Assembly: GCA_028534125.1 (NCBI GenBank) | Contig: CM052841.1 | Coordinates: forward strand, 40,238,001-40,302,000 | Length of the DNA stretch: 64,000 bases | Direction: 5' to 3' | Source: Lama glama | Taxonomy: Eukaryota | In this document: in pieces, positions 27,311 to 39,225 of the stretch | Position numbering within the stretch: position 1 is the stretch's first letter | How the letters are laid out: every line of letters starts with the position of its first letter | Made by a program: the position numbers and the translations under genes | The notes under the pieces: model-generated | Told to the model about the DNA's origin: nothing | Databases searched by the model: none | The model's input: only the letters and a program-made list of their open reading frames with translations

Positions 27311-27729
27311 TTGCCTGGGGCTGGGAAGAGCCTCACACCTGGTAGTTTACCCCCAAATGAAGCAATATGAGGGCCCATTAGATCGACCCAGGCTCCTGTC
27401 CCTCTTGGCCCCAGGCCTGACCACATCACTGCTGTCCTTTGAGTTTCAGTTTCCTCATTTGTGAAATGGGAAGAAGAATCTCCCTATCATACCCCCCTCA
27501 TGAAGCTGTGGGCAGATAATGGCTTTGCAACTCCAATGGGGACTATACAGAATCATGGAATCGGGTCCAAATAAATGCTCGATGAGTCAATGACTTAATG
27601 AATCAACAGAGCATCTTTTGGGACATTTCTCTCCAGGGGGATGCCTGACATCCATGCCGATAAGGGGCACTAGTGCTTAGGGCATTAGAAACAAGCAGTT
27701 TTCACTGAAGCACCTGCATGCTTCCTGGC

Positions 27730-27910
27730 TGGGCCACTAACTGGCTGCATGACCTTAGGCAAGTCACATGACTTACTCTTGGTCCTGTTTCCTCACTTAC
27801 AAGGTGGAAATAGTACTAAGGTTTACCTTATGAGGTTGCTATGAGAATTAAGTGTCTTAACATTTGTTGAATGCTTAGAACCATGCACACAGCACAAGAT
27901 AAGGATTATT
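27730..27910 (+). mobile_element. MIR SINE
   Basis: gctgcatgaccttaggcaagtcac...gtttcctcac...gaggttgctatgagaattaa...gcttagaac. Confidence 0.8.
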
Positions 27911-28605
27911 TAAGAGTTTAGCAAATAAAATAAGTAAATATATACATGAACGCCTAGCACGTGCACCTACACCTAGACATGCATGTACGTGCATGTCCAT
28001 GAAGGCACATGTGCCTGCCCACCCGCGGGCTCCAGCAGGCCTCCATTTGTTTTTTCCAGATGTGCTGTGAGGTTAGATGTGTGCCCTCTATCATAGCCAA
28101 CAGGCAAAGAGAAGGGCTGTGGTCTGCCCTAAACCAAAAAAAATCCAGTGAGCAAAGTCCAGCGAAGGCATTGACCAACAGCTGTGGCCGTGAACCCTGG
28201 TCTTTTGTACCAGCCCAGTTATCTGCCTGGCCCAGGCTCCTGTGACAGGTGACCCCAGACCCACTGGCCCTCAGTGATGCATGACACCCTTCGCTGGAGA
28301 TAATGGAGCCACCAGAGCAAACACTAGCGGGTGAGATGGCAGAAAAAGTCCTGATAACCACCCCCTATCCTGCCTCCTTCCTCCAGGTTTATAAGAGGCC
28401 TCACCTCTATAGTTCCTCCCACTGGCTTCTTTCTCTAACCTCAGGCTTCTTCACAGATGGCTATGGAGAGCAGAGGAAATGCTCTAAGTGGGGATTTCAG
28501 GGAATTTCAAAGACACAGCACAGTGCATTTTATTTCTTGAGTTAATTACTATAGGTTGGTATTTTAAAATGCCAGTACTTCAGGGAGTTTGACATTTATG
28601 ATGCT

Positions 28606-28769
28606 CGGGGCCAGCCTCATGGGCATGTGGCCTCTGCAGTCACACAGGGCTCTGACTTGACTAATGCTCTACTGTCGCCATCTTGAAATTATTAGTAATT
28701 TTTGAACAAGGGGCCTGCGGATTCTAATTTTGTATCGGGTGGACCCCATAAATTCTACAGCTGATTCTG
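28606..28769 (+). mobile_element. MER45A-like (hAT-Tip100) DNA transposon
   Basis: ggggccagcctcatgggc...gcagtcacacagggc...tgtcgccatcttgaaatt...atttttgaacaaggggcc. Confidence 0.8.
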
Positions 28770-29719
28770 ATGTCTTCCACATCAAGAAGTTTCCATGGGG
28801 AGCTTGAGGCCCAAACTCTAACCCCTTCCTCTCTCCAGCTGGGCACCATTAGCTAAGTCACACTCCTTGTCAGTTTCCCAATCTGTAAAATGGGAAAGTT
28901 AGGGTGGGTCCTTGGGCTGGAATTCTGGATTTCAGAGACAACTCTAATTACAAAAAAGGAGGTGAAAAGACACAGGATCACAACACTATAAGAAATCCAG
29001 CTGTCACCTGTCCTCACCTGCATTTTCTAAAGGAAAGAACAATAACAAAAACAATAAAAAGAAAATTGAGAATAAAGCAAAGTCCTTTAAAGTAAATGAA
29101 TTTAGCTTCATAAAAAAACTCCCTAACTTTTTATTTTTCTAAATCCATTGGAGGTCACTGTGTTTTGGGGGGAAACTCTGGAACACATGGGCATTTCAGT
29201 ACTTCCAGCACTATCTCAAAACTGAAGCCCTCCTTTGGGTTTCAATGGTCTGGTGTACATCCACCACTTAAGGGGGCTGGCTTTCCCTGCCTTCACTCCA
29301 AGGGCACATTCTAGACCACAGAGGACGGGCCTCCACGAAATGCCAATGCTGCACTTGACAGTAGCTTTATGAATCAGGCAACGAAATGGCCCTAATTATT
29401 GGTTCACGTTGTAAAATCCCCTTCCAAAGGTCATAAGTCACCCGCTACCAGAAAGGTCCTATCTTTTTTAAAGAGAGGCAAAGGCATCTTCAACGGAGTC
29501 CCAGATTTATCAATTTCAAAAGAGCACCACTGCTGTTGTGTTAATCAAGTGACTGGGGAGACCCATCTCCTTGCACCATCAAGAGACATCCCCAACCCAC
29601 CATCAGCTTCCTGTCTTCACACACTTCTCTGCAGGGACCTGAGGCCCTGAGACCAGGCCCCTCCAAGAGCCTGAGCATGCTAGAGGATCAGAACTGGCAA
29701 GGGGCTCGGAGGTGATGCT

Positions 29720-29910
29720 GATGATGAAGGGAATGCCTACCATGTGGCAGGCAAGACTGCTATTTTATATGTCGTCTTATTTCATTCTCCTAATTACATC
29801 ATTTTCAGATGAGAAAATGAAGCCCAGGGAGGTTTTGTAGTTTCCTGGAGGCCCCAGAGCACACAAGGCAGTGCAGGTTTCAACTCCGACCAGACACCCT
29901 CCAAACCTTT
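29720..29910 (-). mobile_element. MIR SINE
   Basis: cattttcagatgagaaaatgaagcccagggagg. Confidence 0.65.
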
Positions 29911-32059
29911 GGCTCTTCTGTGCCACCTACGGCCTGTTGCATGAGTTTCGAAAATCCTGGGTCCCTTCCCAACAGCAGGAGGAAATCTCTGACGGGAGGT
30001 TTGAAAGGAAGAAGAGGAAGTGCTGCCAGTTTGGCTCAGATGTGCCAACCCTGGGCAAGGGCCACCCCTGACACTCCCTCAGTCAGCTGGGTGCTAGAAG
30101 TCTCTCTTCCTCTTCCTCAGCCACCCATGACTGGATCATACCTGCAACCTGCCCGGGCCACACCTGGGGAAGCAGCCAGCTATGTGCTCAGCTTCCAGCA
30201 ATTACATCCCTCCATCCCCTACTGCCTCCTCCTTCCTGCCAGGGATCCTATCTGCTCCTACTCCCCACAACCTACCACCAAAAGTAGCACAGGACAGAGC
30301 AGGCAGGTCCTTACATTAGAGGGAATGAGCACCAGTGTTGTTGTGAAGGTGTTCGCAGCAGCCATGAGGCAGTGGAGAGGCCCCAGGGCCCCCTCCCCAC
30401 ATCCCCAAACCTCTGCACACAGAATCATCACTCAGCGCAGGAGGGGAATGAGAGTCAGAAGATGAACCTGAACGCTGCCCCCTGCTTCATTAATAAGAAT
30501 TAATACTTGGGCATTCCCAGCATGCAGTAAGTTCTTGTTATTTTCAAAGGTGACTGTAAAGTAAATCTCATTTTTCTCATTGCAAAATGGGAGTGGATTT
30601 TGTGGTACAATGGTTCATTTTTCATCTTGTTAGGGTAAGCCAAGCAGGACTGGAAAAAACCAAGTGTCCACACATGCAACGAGGACTGGAGGAACCAAAG
30701 ATGTTCTGTCTGTAGAGGAGGGGTCCTGGGGTCAGGGTGGCCAGTTTGAAATCCCTATGAGCCTTCATACCCCAGAGGTGGTAGTGATGGTGCCTAAGGT
30801 GGGGGCAGGATCCGGGAATAACTCAAAGCAGTGCTTTCCTAAGATCAAAGGGAGCACCCCATCACCTTTATGGGTGCTCTATCATGCCCAGTTCTTGGGT
30901 GAGGATAACACAAGTAACTAAGCCACCTAACTGGGGAGGGGGTACTTTCAACCCACAGACCCCAGAAGAATGCACTCCCCTGGAGACGTTGTCCCAGCTG
31001 ACCAACCAATTTGAAAGGGCTCTGACTTGGTCCGCCTGAGTGATCTGACTACATTCCCCCTCTCCCCACAATTCTGTCATGTCCATTCTTCGATCTGTGG
31101 GCAACAGGTTTAATCGATAGCCCTGAGCTCCCAGTTCCCATCCATTCTGGCCCTAGAGCTGTCAGGACTAGCGTCTCCAGCTCAGGGACTGCTTTCCTGC
31201 ATCCCTGGCCAGGTGAGTTGGCTTGGTAAGGCAGGGAGGGCTCTCAAAGGCTGCCCACAGACTTTTCCACCTAAGAAAAGATCTGCTATAAAATACTGAC
31301 ACCCTCCCCAGAACCGCCTCCCGGATTTAAGAAGGGGAGAGGTAGCTTGGGTTTTAAACAGAAAATTGGATTCCCATTCATGAACTCCCCACACAGGGCA
31401 CTTAACAGGTAAAACGGGTTCCACCATTGATTAATGAGCTGGGGAAATAATGGGGCTCACCCTTTGCCATTAAAAATATTAACCTCGTTCCTGGCCCAGT
31501 GATTTCATAATCTCAGGGCCCTTGAAGCTCTCTCAAGACCATACTTCCCATCTGCCAGGTGAGGGGGCTGGGTGTGTGCCTCTCAGCCCTGAGGGCAAGC
31601 CAGGAAGGGACAGAGGCCTTCGGGAAGTCCACTGACTTTCCACAGGGCCAACTGCAGGTGGGCAGGATGGAGAAACAATGCTGTAACTTGCTATAGATAT
31701 CAAGAACCCAGGGGTCTCCACTGCCTTGGGAACTTTATAAAAGTGATGCTGTGCTCACAGGGTCTAACAGCTTCCCAAAATCCAACCTGCCCACTGGCTA
31801 CGCTGACAGTTGTGTGACCTCAGGACTTCTACCACCAGGGAGGAAACTGTCTCCCTGCAATCTGCACAATTCTGAGGGCCACTGGAGAATCTCGTTTGGC
31901 TCTGGCCCTGCACTTTAATTAAGAGCTGCCACCAGGATGATAAAGAGCCTGGACTCCACATCTCATGAGCATAATTGAAGAGACGAAGGAGTGTGTATGT
32001 TCTAGATAAGATTCAGGGGTGTGTGTGCACAATGCAGATGGGTGGTTAATCCCTGGAAC

Positions 32060-32300
32060 CAGATGCGGACGTGTTCTGTGGTGTCAGAGAGAACAGAATA
32101 TGGACCAATCAGTGGAAGTTATGAAAAAGATTTCAACTCAATTTCAGGAAGATTTGATCAAACAAAGCTCTTCAAAATAGAACAGGATATTTTAGGAGGC
32201 TCCCTGTCATAGATTATGTCCAGGCAGAACGTGGTTGAGCCAGCAGAAGGACCTAGACTAAGATCCTTTGCCACTGGAAATTCCATGCTCCTCCTGGGAT
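32060..32300 (+). mobile_element. L3/CR1 LINE fragment
   Basis: ggaccaatcagtggaagtta...agatttcaactcaatttcaggaaga...gctccctgtca. Confidence 0.6.
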
Positions 32301-32744
32301 TTTTACGGTACCCCAAAGCATGGGACTGAGGGTCGCAGAGGCAGGGGTTGGTCCAACCTTATAAAAGTACACCACCTTCTCTCACTTCCACAAGAAGCCC
32401 CCAAGCTTTAGAGCCCAAAGGGTGCTGCTCTATAGTACAACTGATACATTTCCTAAAAGTATGTTGAGGGTGGGTGGCTCGACATGCCTGCCCTCAGAGA
32501 GATGGCATCACCATCCAGGTAGAAATGAGACAGGGGATCTCCAGGTGGGACCCAGGCCACTCAGTGGGGAAGGGTCTCAGCCCAAGCTAAGGTAAGGCCT
32601 CTTCCCCCAACAGTGTCTGATAGGTTGGGACAGACCCAAGCCACTTCTGTCCTGAAATTTAGCAATGTCTGTGCTAGGCTAGGTCCTGGGGACAGACGGA
32701 CAAACAGCTCAGCGTCTGCCCTCAAGAAAGGGAGAGTCTAGCAA

Positions 32745-32961
32745 GAGAGGTCAGCAAACTTCTTCTGTAAAGAATCAGTTAATTTATTTTGGTTCACTGG
32801 CCATATAGCCTCTATGGCAACCACTCAACTCAACTGCCACTATGATGCAAAAGCAATCACACACAGCTAAATGAAGGGATGTGGCTGTGCCAATAAAACT
32901 TTACCTAAAAAAACAGGCAGCAGCTAGATTTGGCTCAAGGACCACAGAGTGCCCACCTCTG
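32745..32961 (+). mobile_element. MER58A (hAT-Charlie)
   Basis: gaggtcagcaaacttcttctgtaaag...gtggctgtgccaataaaacttta...gcccacctctg. Confidence 0.8.
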
Positions 32962-32969
32962 GGCTAGTC

Positions 32970-33135
32970 CTATGGTTCTCAACAGGCTGTACATTAGAAT
33001 CCCCTGTGGAGTTTTCACAAAGCCTGAGCTCTGCCCTAAATAACAGTTAAGTGGTCTAAGGTGGGGCCTGGGATCAGGGTTTTCTAAAAGCTCCCCTGGG
33101 TGATTGTACCATGCAGTGAAGACTGAGAATCACTG
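32970..33135. mobile_element. MER5A-like (hAT-Charlie)
   Basis: tggttctcaac...cattagaatcccctg...ggtggggcctggg...gctcccctgggtgatt...tgagaatcactg. Confidence 0.8.
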
Positions 33136-33989
33136 GTCTCTAGCAGAAAACAGGCGCATGTAATCCAACTATTATCTCACGATTATCCACAGGATTTCAC
33201 AAATCCAGCCCAGGGGAAGTGACTAGCCCAAGATCATACAGTGAGTCAAGAGGCAAGGAATCCCACCCCCTGAGCTTTCCTCTGCATCACCACAGACACA
33301 GAGGGGCTCACACTCCTATCCCAGAGCTTTGGATGCAGGTGCTTTCTAACTCGTGCCCTGCTGTTCCAGGAAGATAGGACCCTGTAGAAGTAAATGCCAA
33401 ACACATTCACCGGACAACAATAATGCACTGGATCCAGCTTTCTCCCCAGACCAAACTCAATGACCTCAAACTAACAGGGAACAGAATTCCCAAAACACCT
33501 CCCTTTTTTTTGAGAAGCAGCATTTTAACCAAATTTTAAACAGTTTATTAGCATCTGGGAAGAACAAAAGAGGACTGTAAAAACTTTATTTCCTCAGTCC
33601 TAACAAGCGCAGCCACAGGAAACTCCTTACTAATGACACCACTGAGGACCTGCCAAAACGTGCCGCCTGCCCGGAGCTCTGCCCACGCAGGACTGGGGCA
33701 CAAGGAACCCCCAGAGCCCTGGGGAATGTTGCAAGAGCTTGGCTGAGGCTGGGCGGCCACTGGCAGCGATGATCTCAACGTCTATAGCGCTAACGCGCTC
33801 CAGCAGATGGGGCAAACCCAAGCACCTTACAGGAGCTCTGTGGGTGGCCAGAGAGCCTCCAAACCCTAGACCCTCCCTCTCCACAGAGTCTCGGGGTCAA
33901 TCAGGGGCTGGAGAGAGCAAGGATGGGACATGCCCAATCATAAGACAATTAAATACTGAGAGCAGCAACCAGGGAGGGCTATACTCAGT

Positions 33990-34150
33990 TCTGTTGATGC
34001 TCTCAGCAACCCCTATGGAGATTTGTACACTGTCCCCATACTACAGATGAGAAAACTGAGGCACAGAGCAGCTGGGTAACTTGTCCAAGGTCACCAAGAC
34101 AGGGAGTTAGAGTCAGGATTCAATCTCAGCTGCTCTGTCCCAGATTCTAG
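33990..34150 (-). mobile_element. MIR SINE
   Basis: ccccatactacagatgagaaaactgaggcacagag...taacttgtccaaggtcac. Confidence 0.85.
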
Positions 34151-34649
34151 TTCTTAATGTTATGCTCAAAGGACTTGAAAGTGACTCTAACAAGGCAACT
34201 CCTTCCAGCAGAGATGGTGAAACAGATTGAGAGAGAGTAAGGGGCTACAGGAGGGCTGGGGAAAGTGAATTCCATGGACCACCCCTCAGAGAGCCCTCTC
34301 TTTTCATGAAGAAGGGTCCTGCCAGCTTCTATGATACACGACAATGGGCTCACACAAGGTACTGAGGGCCTGTGAAACTGGAGAAAAAGCCAGCTCACAG
34401 GGCTCCTGCCCACTAGCCTGTGTGAGGGAACGCCTGCTCAGAGACCCCACGTCACTCAGGAACGTCCTGTCCCGCTGTGTGGTGGAGAGGGCTGTTGGCT
34501 CATTTCCAACGTCAGCCCCTCACTGCTCCCCCATCCCCCCATCCAAACACAGGAATCGGCTCCCTGGCACGGCTCTCTGCCCACACTCTGCCCTCCTAGG
34601 GGGCTCCTTTCTCTAGTCACTGCACATTCAAATTCTGCCTAGGTGCCAA

Positions 34650-34830
34650 GACACAGTGCTTGAGAACAAGCGCTCTGGAGTTAAGCTAAGTTCAAATCCT
34701 GGCTGTGTCACCCTGGGAAGCTTGCTCAACCTCTCTGGGCCTCAGTTTCTTCATCTATAAAATAAGGATAATACCAGAGCCACTTCAGTGCCTGGCAGCA
34801 GCAGGGGCTCAACAGTATTCTCACCATCAT
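34650..34830 (+). mobile_element. MIR SINE
   Basis: gttcaaatcctggctgtgtcaccctggg...aacctctctgggcctcagtttcttcatctataaaat. Confidence 0.85.
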
Positions 34831-37800
34831 GACTCAGCCTGCATGTTCCTCTGAGACCTCCCCTACCCACTCCCCAGCTAGAAGTCAGCTCTCCCCACTC
34901 TGAGCCCCAGTGTTCTGCCTGCACCTCCACTCAGCCTCTCTGGGCTGACTCTGGGGCAGGTCCTGGGCTGGGCTCTGGGACTTGAGCAGAACGAGACACT
35001 ACTGCAGTCCTGCAGGAGTTCCCAAGCCAGGCAGGGGACAGACACAGGCTCACAAATAGCTGTGAGGGCTAAGAAGTGACTTCTCACATCCTGTGACACT
35101 CCAATAAGATTTTTTAAAAATCTGGCTCTCTTCCCACTGACTAAAGGCAGTTTCACTAACTCCCGACAAGTTGTATAAGAGGTTTTAAAAATCAGGTCAA
35201 ACCACATTTAGAGAACTCCAAATAGCTCCCAGAACTCCCCCTCCCCTACTTTACAGTCTGGATGTGGTGTCCAGGCCCCACCCTCCACCGCTTGGCGCCC
35301 CTCATACACGGGTGCACAGGCCCATGCATTCCATACACGAAAGAGCTCAGATGCCAGAGAACAGAGCGGGTGCACAGGCACCAGGCTTGAAGGGACCTCC
35401 AGACTCAAGAGTGGCCTTGTTCTATCCTAAAAGTGATGGACCCAGGAGCCCCAGTAACCAACGTTCTTTCCATATGCATTATACTTTAGTTTATAAACCC
35501 TCCCATGGCAGAATGTCACTTGCTTTTCCCAAGCACCCATGAAGTCATCCTGCCATGATTATAAGACCTCCTACACTGGGGCTCCAGGGCAGGGCCTATG
35601 CCCACTCATCTTTCTGGTACCTGTGTCTAATGCAGGGCCCAGCACACAATAAGGTGCTCGGTAAGTTAGAAAATGAATTTTTCAAGTGAGGAAACTGACT
35701 CAGAGAGGCTAAGAAACTTGCCCAAGGTCACACAGCAAAGGAAAACAGCAGGTCTGTCAGGGGACAAGAAGTTGGGTGCACAAGAGTGACAGTGGGCTGG
35801 AGCTGCCCACTAGGGCACTGGTGACTGAAGGTGACAAGAAGAGTGAGGAAAGGCAGATGAAGCCTCAGGAAGGGAGTGCCTGACCAAGACAGAACAAAGA
35901 CAGTCACTGGGAGTGGGCTGGAGAGGGGCCACAGGAAGTGAGGAGGTGGAAGTTTCTGAGATAGCCGTAAAGAACATGTTTCTGAACTCCTGAAGCTTAT
36001 CAGGAAGGCCAGGCCAGCGGGGGGTGTGATGGCCCTGGACAACACAGCACAGGAAAGTCTTTGCCGTAGATGGTTTTCTTCTCTTGAAAAATGTGGATAA
36101 TTTGTTGTTAGAATGATGAAAAGCATTCTTAAGATAAAGTGCACTGTCAAATGCCACAGTCAGACATTTACACCTCCAATGCAGTCCCCAAATCAGGCAA
36201 CTGGAGTCTCAAAAAACTTCAATACTGTATTCTGCTTGCATCTAAATAAGAAAACTGACAATATGGGCTCTTTTACAAAACAGTGCACTTTAAATGATAA
36301 GCCCATGAGAAAGCTAAGTGTGAGACTTTATTACAGGAATATCTCCAGTCTCCACTCACTGGCGATAAGAAAAGTACCCACCGACAAGGGTTGTCTCAAG
36401 AATGAAGCAAAGAAGACAGGCCTCTGTCATCAGCCTGCTTGTGCTACTGCAGATATGAAGATTGTAATATCCAAAGAAAGGGGATGGTGGTCCCAGGGCA
36501 AGGACTCCCTCCTATTTTGTGGCCAAGGGGTCTGTGAATGAATGGATTCCATGATTCTTGGCTCAAACACTCTGAATTTATGACCCCCCCGCCCCTCCCC
36601 CATCTATAGAGCAGAGGTTATAAAGCCACAAGGTCCCCTTGTAATGTTACTTCCTGTAGATGCTAGTCTGGCTTTCTGAACGACCTCTTTAACGTGACCG
36701 CACAACCCCCAGTTATCCATAAACAGCTCTGATGTGAGAAAGACCTCAGGGAAGCTCAGCCACCTCGAAAGACCAAGATACTTCTGGCCGACGGCCCTCC
36801 ATCAACCGCCTGTGACTTGGTTCCTACAAGCCAATCCCTCCTCAGGGTAGCTCATGGCCAAAGGGAGAGAGGAGAGAAGGAGGAAACCCGCCAGGCAGCT
36901 CTTGACCGAGGATCTGGCCCTGCTCTCCACAAATCCCTGGGCCGCAGCTGTATTTTGAGCCAGAGTGGCTGATTGGGTTCTGAGGCCACATTCTAGAGCT
37001 GTGCCACAGACAGGAGTGTGGATAGCAGCCTGAGTCTTGCAGTGTGATTGTTCTCAGAGGACAAGACTCTTCTGTTCTCAGAAATTCGCAAACTACCCCC
37101 CAAAGTTCTCTCCCTAGAGGCTCAGTTCCCTCAGAGTAATGCAAACAGTGGCTGAACTTCCAGGTTCAGAGCAGCAGAGAGAGCAGGAGAGACCGTGGTC
37201 CTGCCTGGGCCGCCAGCTGGCAGTATGTCCCATCCTGGGCGACACTGAGCCATCTCATGGGGAAAAGAGACCACGATCACCTGAGGGCCATCTCAGGTGG
37301 GAATGAGAACATGTATGAGGTTACACAAAGGTGGGCGAGGCTGTTATCACTGAAGCCAGGCTCAGACATGCATTAGCACCTACACAGTGGGAGGTGGTGT
37401 TGGAGGGGACACAGAGTGGGAACAGGACCAGCCCACAGGCTCCGGCCACTCTGCTAAAGGAGATGAGACATGGTCTCTTGCAAAGCTGTTCCGACTCCTG
37501 CGCACACCAGTGAGAGCGGGCAGGTGGGCGGTGCTGGGGGGTCGGACAGCCTCCTAGAGAAGGTGGCACATCTCCCCAGGGCTCAGGCAGGAGTGACTGC
37601 ATGTGAGGCAGGAGGATCAGCAGTAAAGCATCTGGAGGGGAGTTTGGAAGAGAGGGAGGGGAGCAATAAAGAGAGCAGGCTACAATGTTGGAGGGGTTGA
37701 GTGGTGGGTGACTACAAAGACATGAAGAAATGGAATTTGGGGGTGGATGGAGGGCTCTGCTTTCGGGCTTTACTGTAAACAGAACGTGTCAGTATTTTAA

Positions 37801-38319
37801 AGCAGAGGCATAACATGTAGTCAGCAAGGTGAAGGGTGATGCAGTGTGCAGGGGTGGGAAGGGAAGGCAGCCATCCCAGGGAAAGATGACAGGCTTGATT
37901 TAGAAGATACTTGCCCCACATGTGTTCAGAGGGAAGTTAACTTCAAGAGAAACTGGCACCTGGCAGGACTGGAAAAGATGAGGTCTTAGGACATTTTCCT
38001 CACTCAAGTCCGCTCTTTTCTAGACTAAAAAGCTATAGCTCAGTTTTTTCCAGCCAGCGGTAAAGGGTCAAAGTATAGTCACCACCAGGTCCTTTATCTT
38101 TCTCTACACAATTGGAAACAAGCCCTTCTTGCCTGATACCCAGAAAGCCCTTTTCACTCATCAGGAACCTTCAATTTACCTTTGCCCAAAAAGGCTCTAT
38201 TTGAGCTCTTTTCCATCACTGCGCACACATACAGGTGAATCCACTACCCAACAAGGAGCTCTGTACAGGGGAGGGGCACAGTCATAGCACCGTACAACTA
38301 CCTGTGAGGCAGGCCAGAG

Positions 38320-38720
38320 GCATAACCAACAGGTGGGGGCAGAAGAGAGGCTGTGTCAGCGTTCTGCGAAGGGGCAAGATCTGGGCTGAACCTGCACTTG
38401 CTGGACGGGATGGGGTGGCGGGACGGAGGTCGGGCATGCCGGCCTCAGGAATGGGCATGGGCAAAGTGAAGAGGGGTAAAAATTCAGCGAGTTTAGGGAA
38501 GAATGTTCTCTGGCATAGCAGGAAGAGGAGACGAAGACCACCTTGTAGGAGGCCTTGAATGCCAGGGTAAAGCAATGCCACATTATTCCAAAGGCAATGG
38601 GAAGACACTGGAGGTTCCAAGAAGTTAAATGACTGGATCAGAGTTGTCCTTTTACTGGAGGGATATGATGTCAGCTGTCCTCCATAAGGGGTCGAGGTGG
38701 GGCTGGTACCGAACACATGA
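38320..38720 (-). mobile_element. L2 LINE fragment
   Basis: ttgtagggaggccttgaatgccagggtaaag...ggcaatgggaagacactggagg (reverse L2). Confidence 0.6.
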
Positions 38721-39019
38721 AGGATGGCAGAGGAGACAAGAGTATGGCAGGAGCCAGCCGGCTGCCAAAAAGCAGCCAGTCAAAGTTGGCTTGCAAACGT
38801 ACTTTTTATAAATAGTCCTCTGGACCTTTGTGGAAACAACCTCATTCTCTACCTATTTCCTTTCTTGTTCCTCAACATTCTCCCGAGCTTCTGAGTCTGC
38901 ATCTCATGAGGACGTCGTTAGCAGGAGCTGCAGTCTGTTCTAATTATGAAGCTCGCTAGGAGTGCTGAGGTAGAGGAGGGGATCGTGCCCACATCTGGCC
39001 TCATAGAGGCACCGGGTAC

Positions 39020-39225
39020 ATCAGGTTAGAGCAGGCCCTGGGGTGGGACTGCCTGGGCTCAAATGCCACATCTGTCCAGTGCTGGGCTGTGACATAAATT
39101 ACTCAAACTCCTGTGCCCCAGTCTGCAATCACTGGAGATAAGAAAAGGGTTGTCGCAAGAATGAAGCAAAGAAGAGCTCAGCACAGCACCTGGCACACAG
39201 TAGGAGCTTTATATGTATTAGTGAA
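39020..39225 (+). mobile_element. MIR SINE
   Basis: ggttagagcaggccctgggg...cctgggctcaaat...gcacagcacctggcacacagtaggagc. Confidence 0.7.

Noticed and set aside
33990-34830. Inverted MIR pair as a dsRNA or editing substrate
   Set aside because: The copies look too diverged for a long stable duplex, and such pairs are common.
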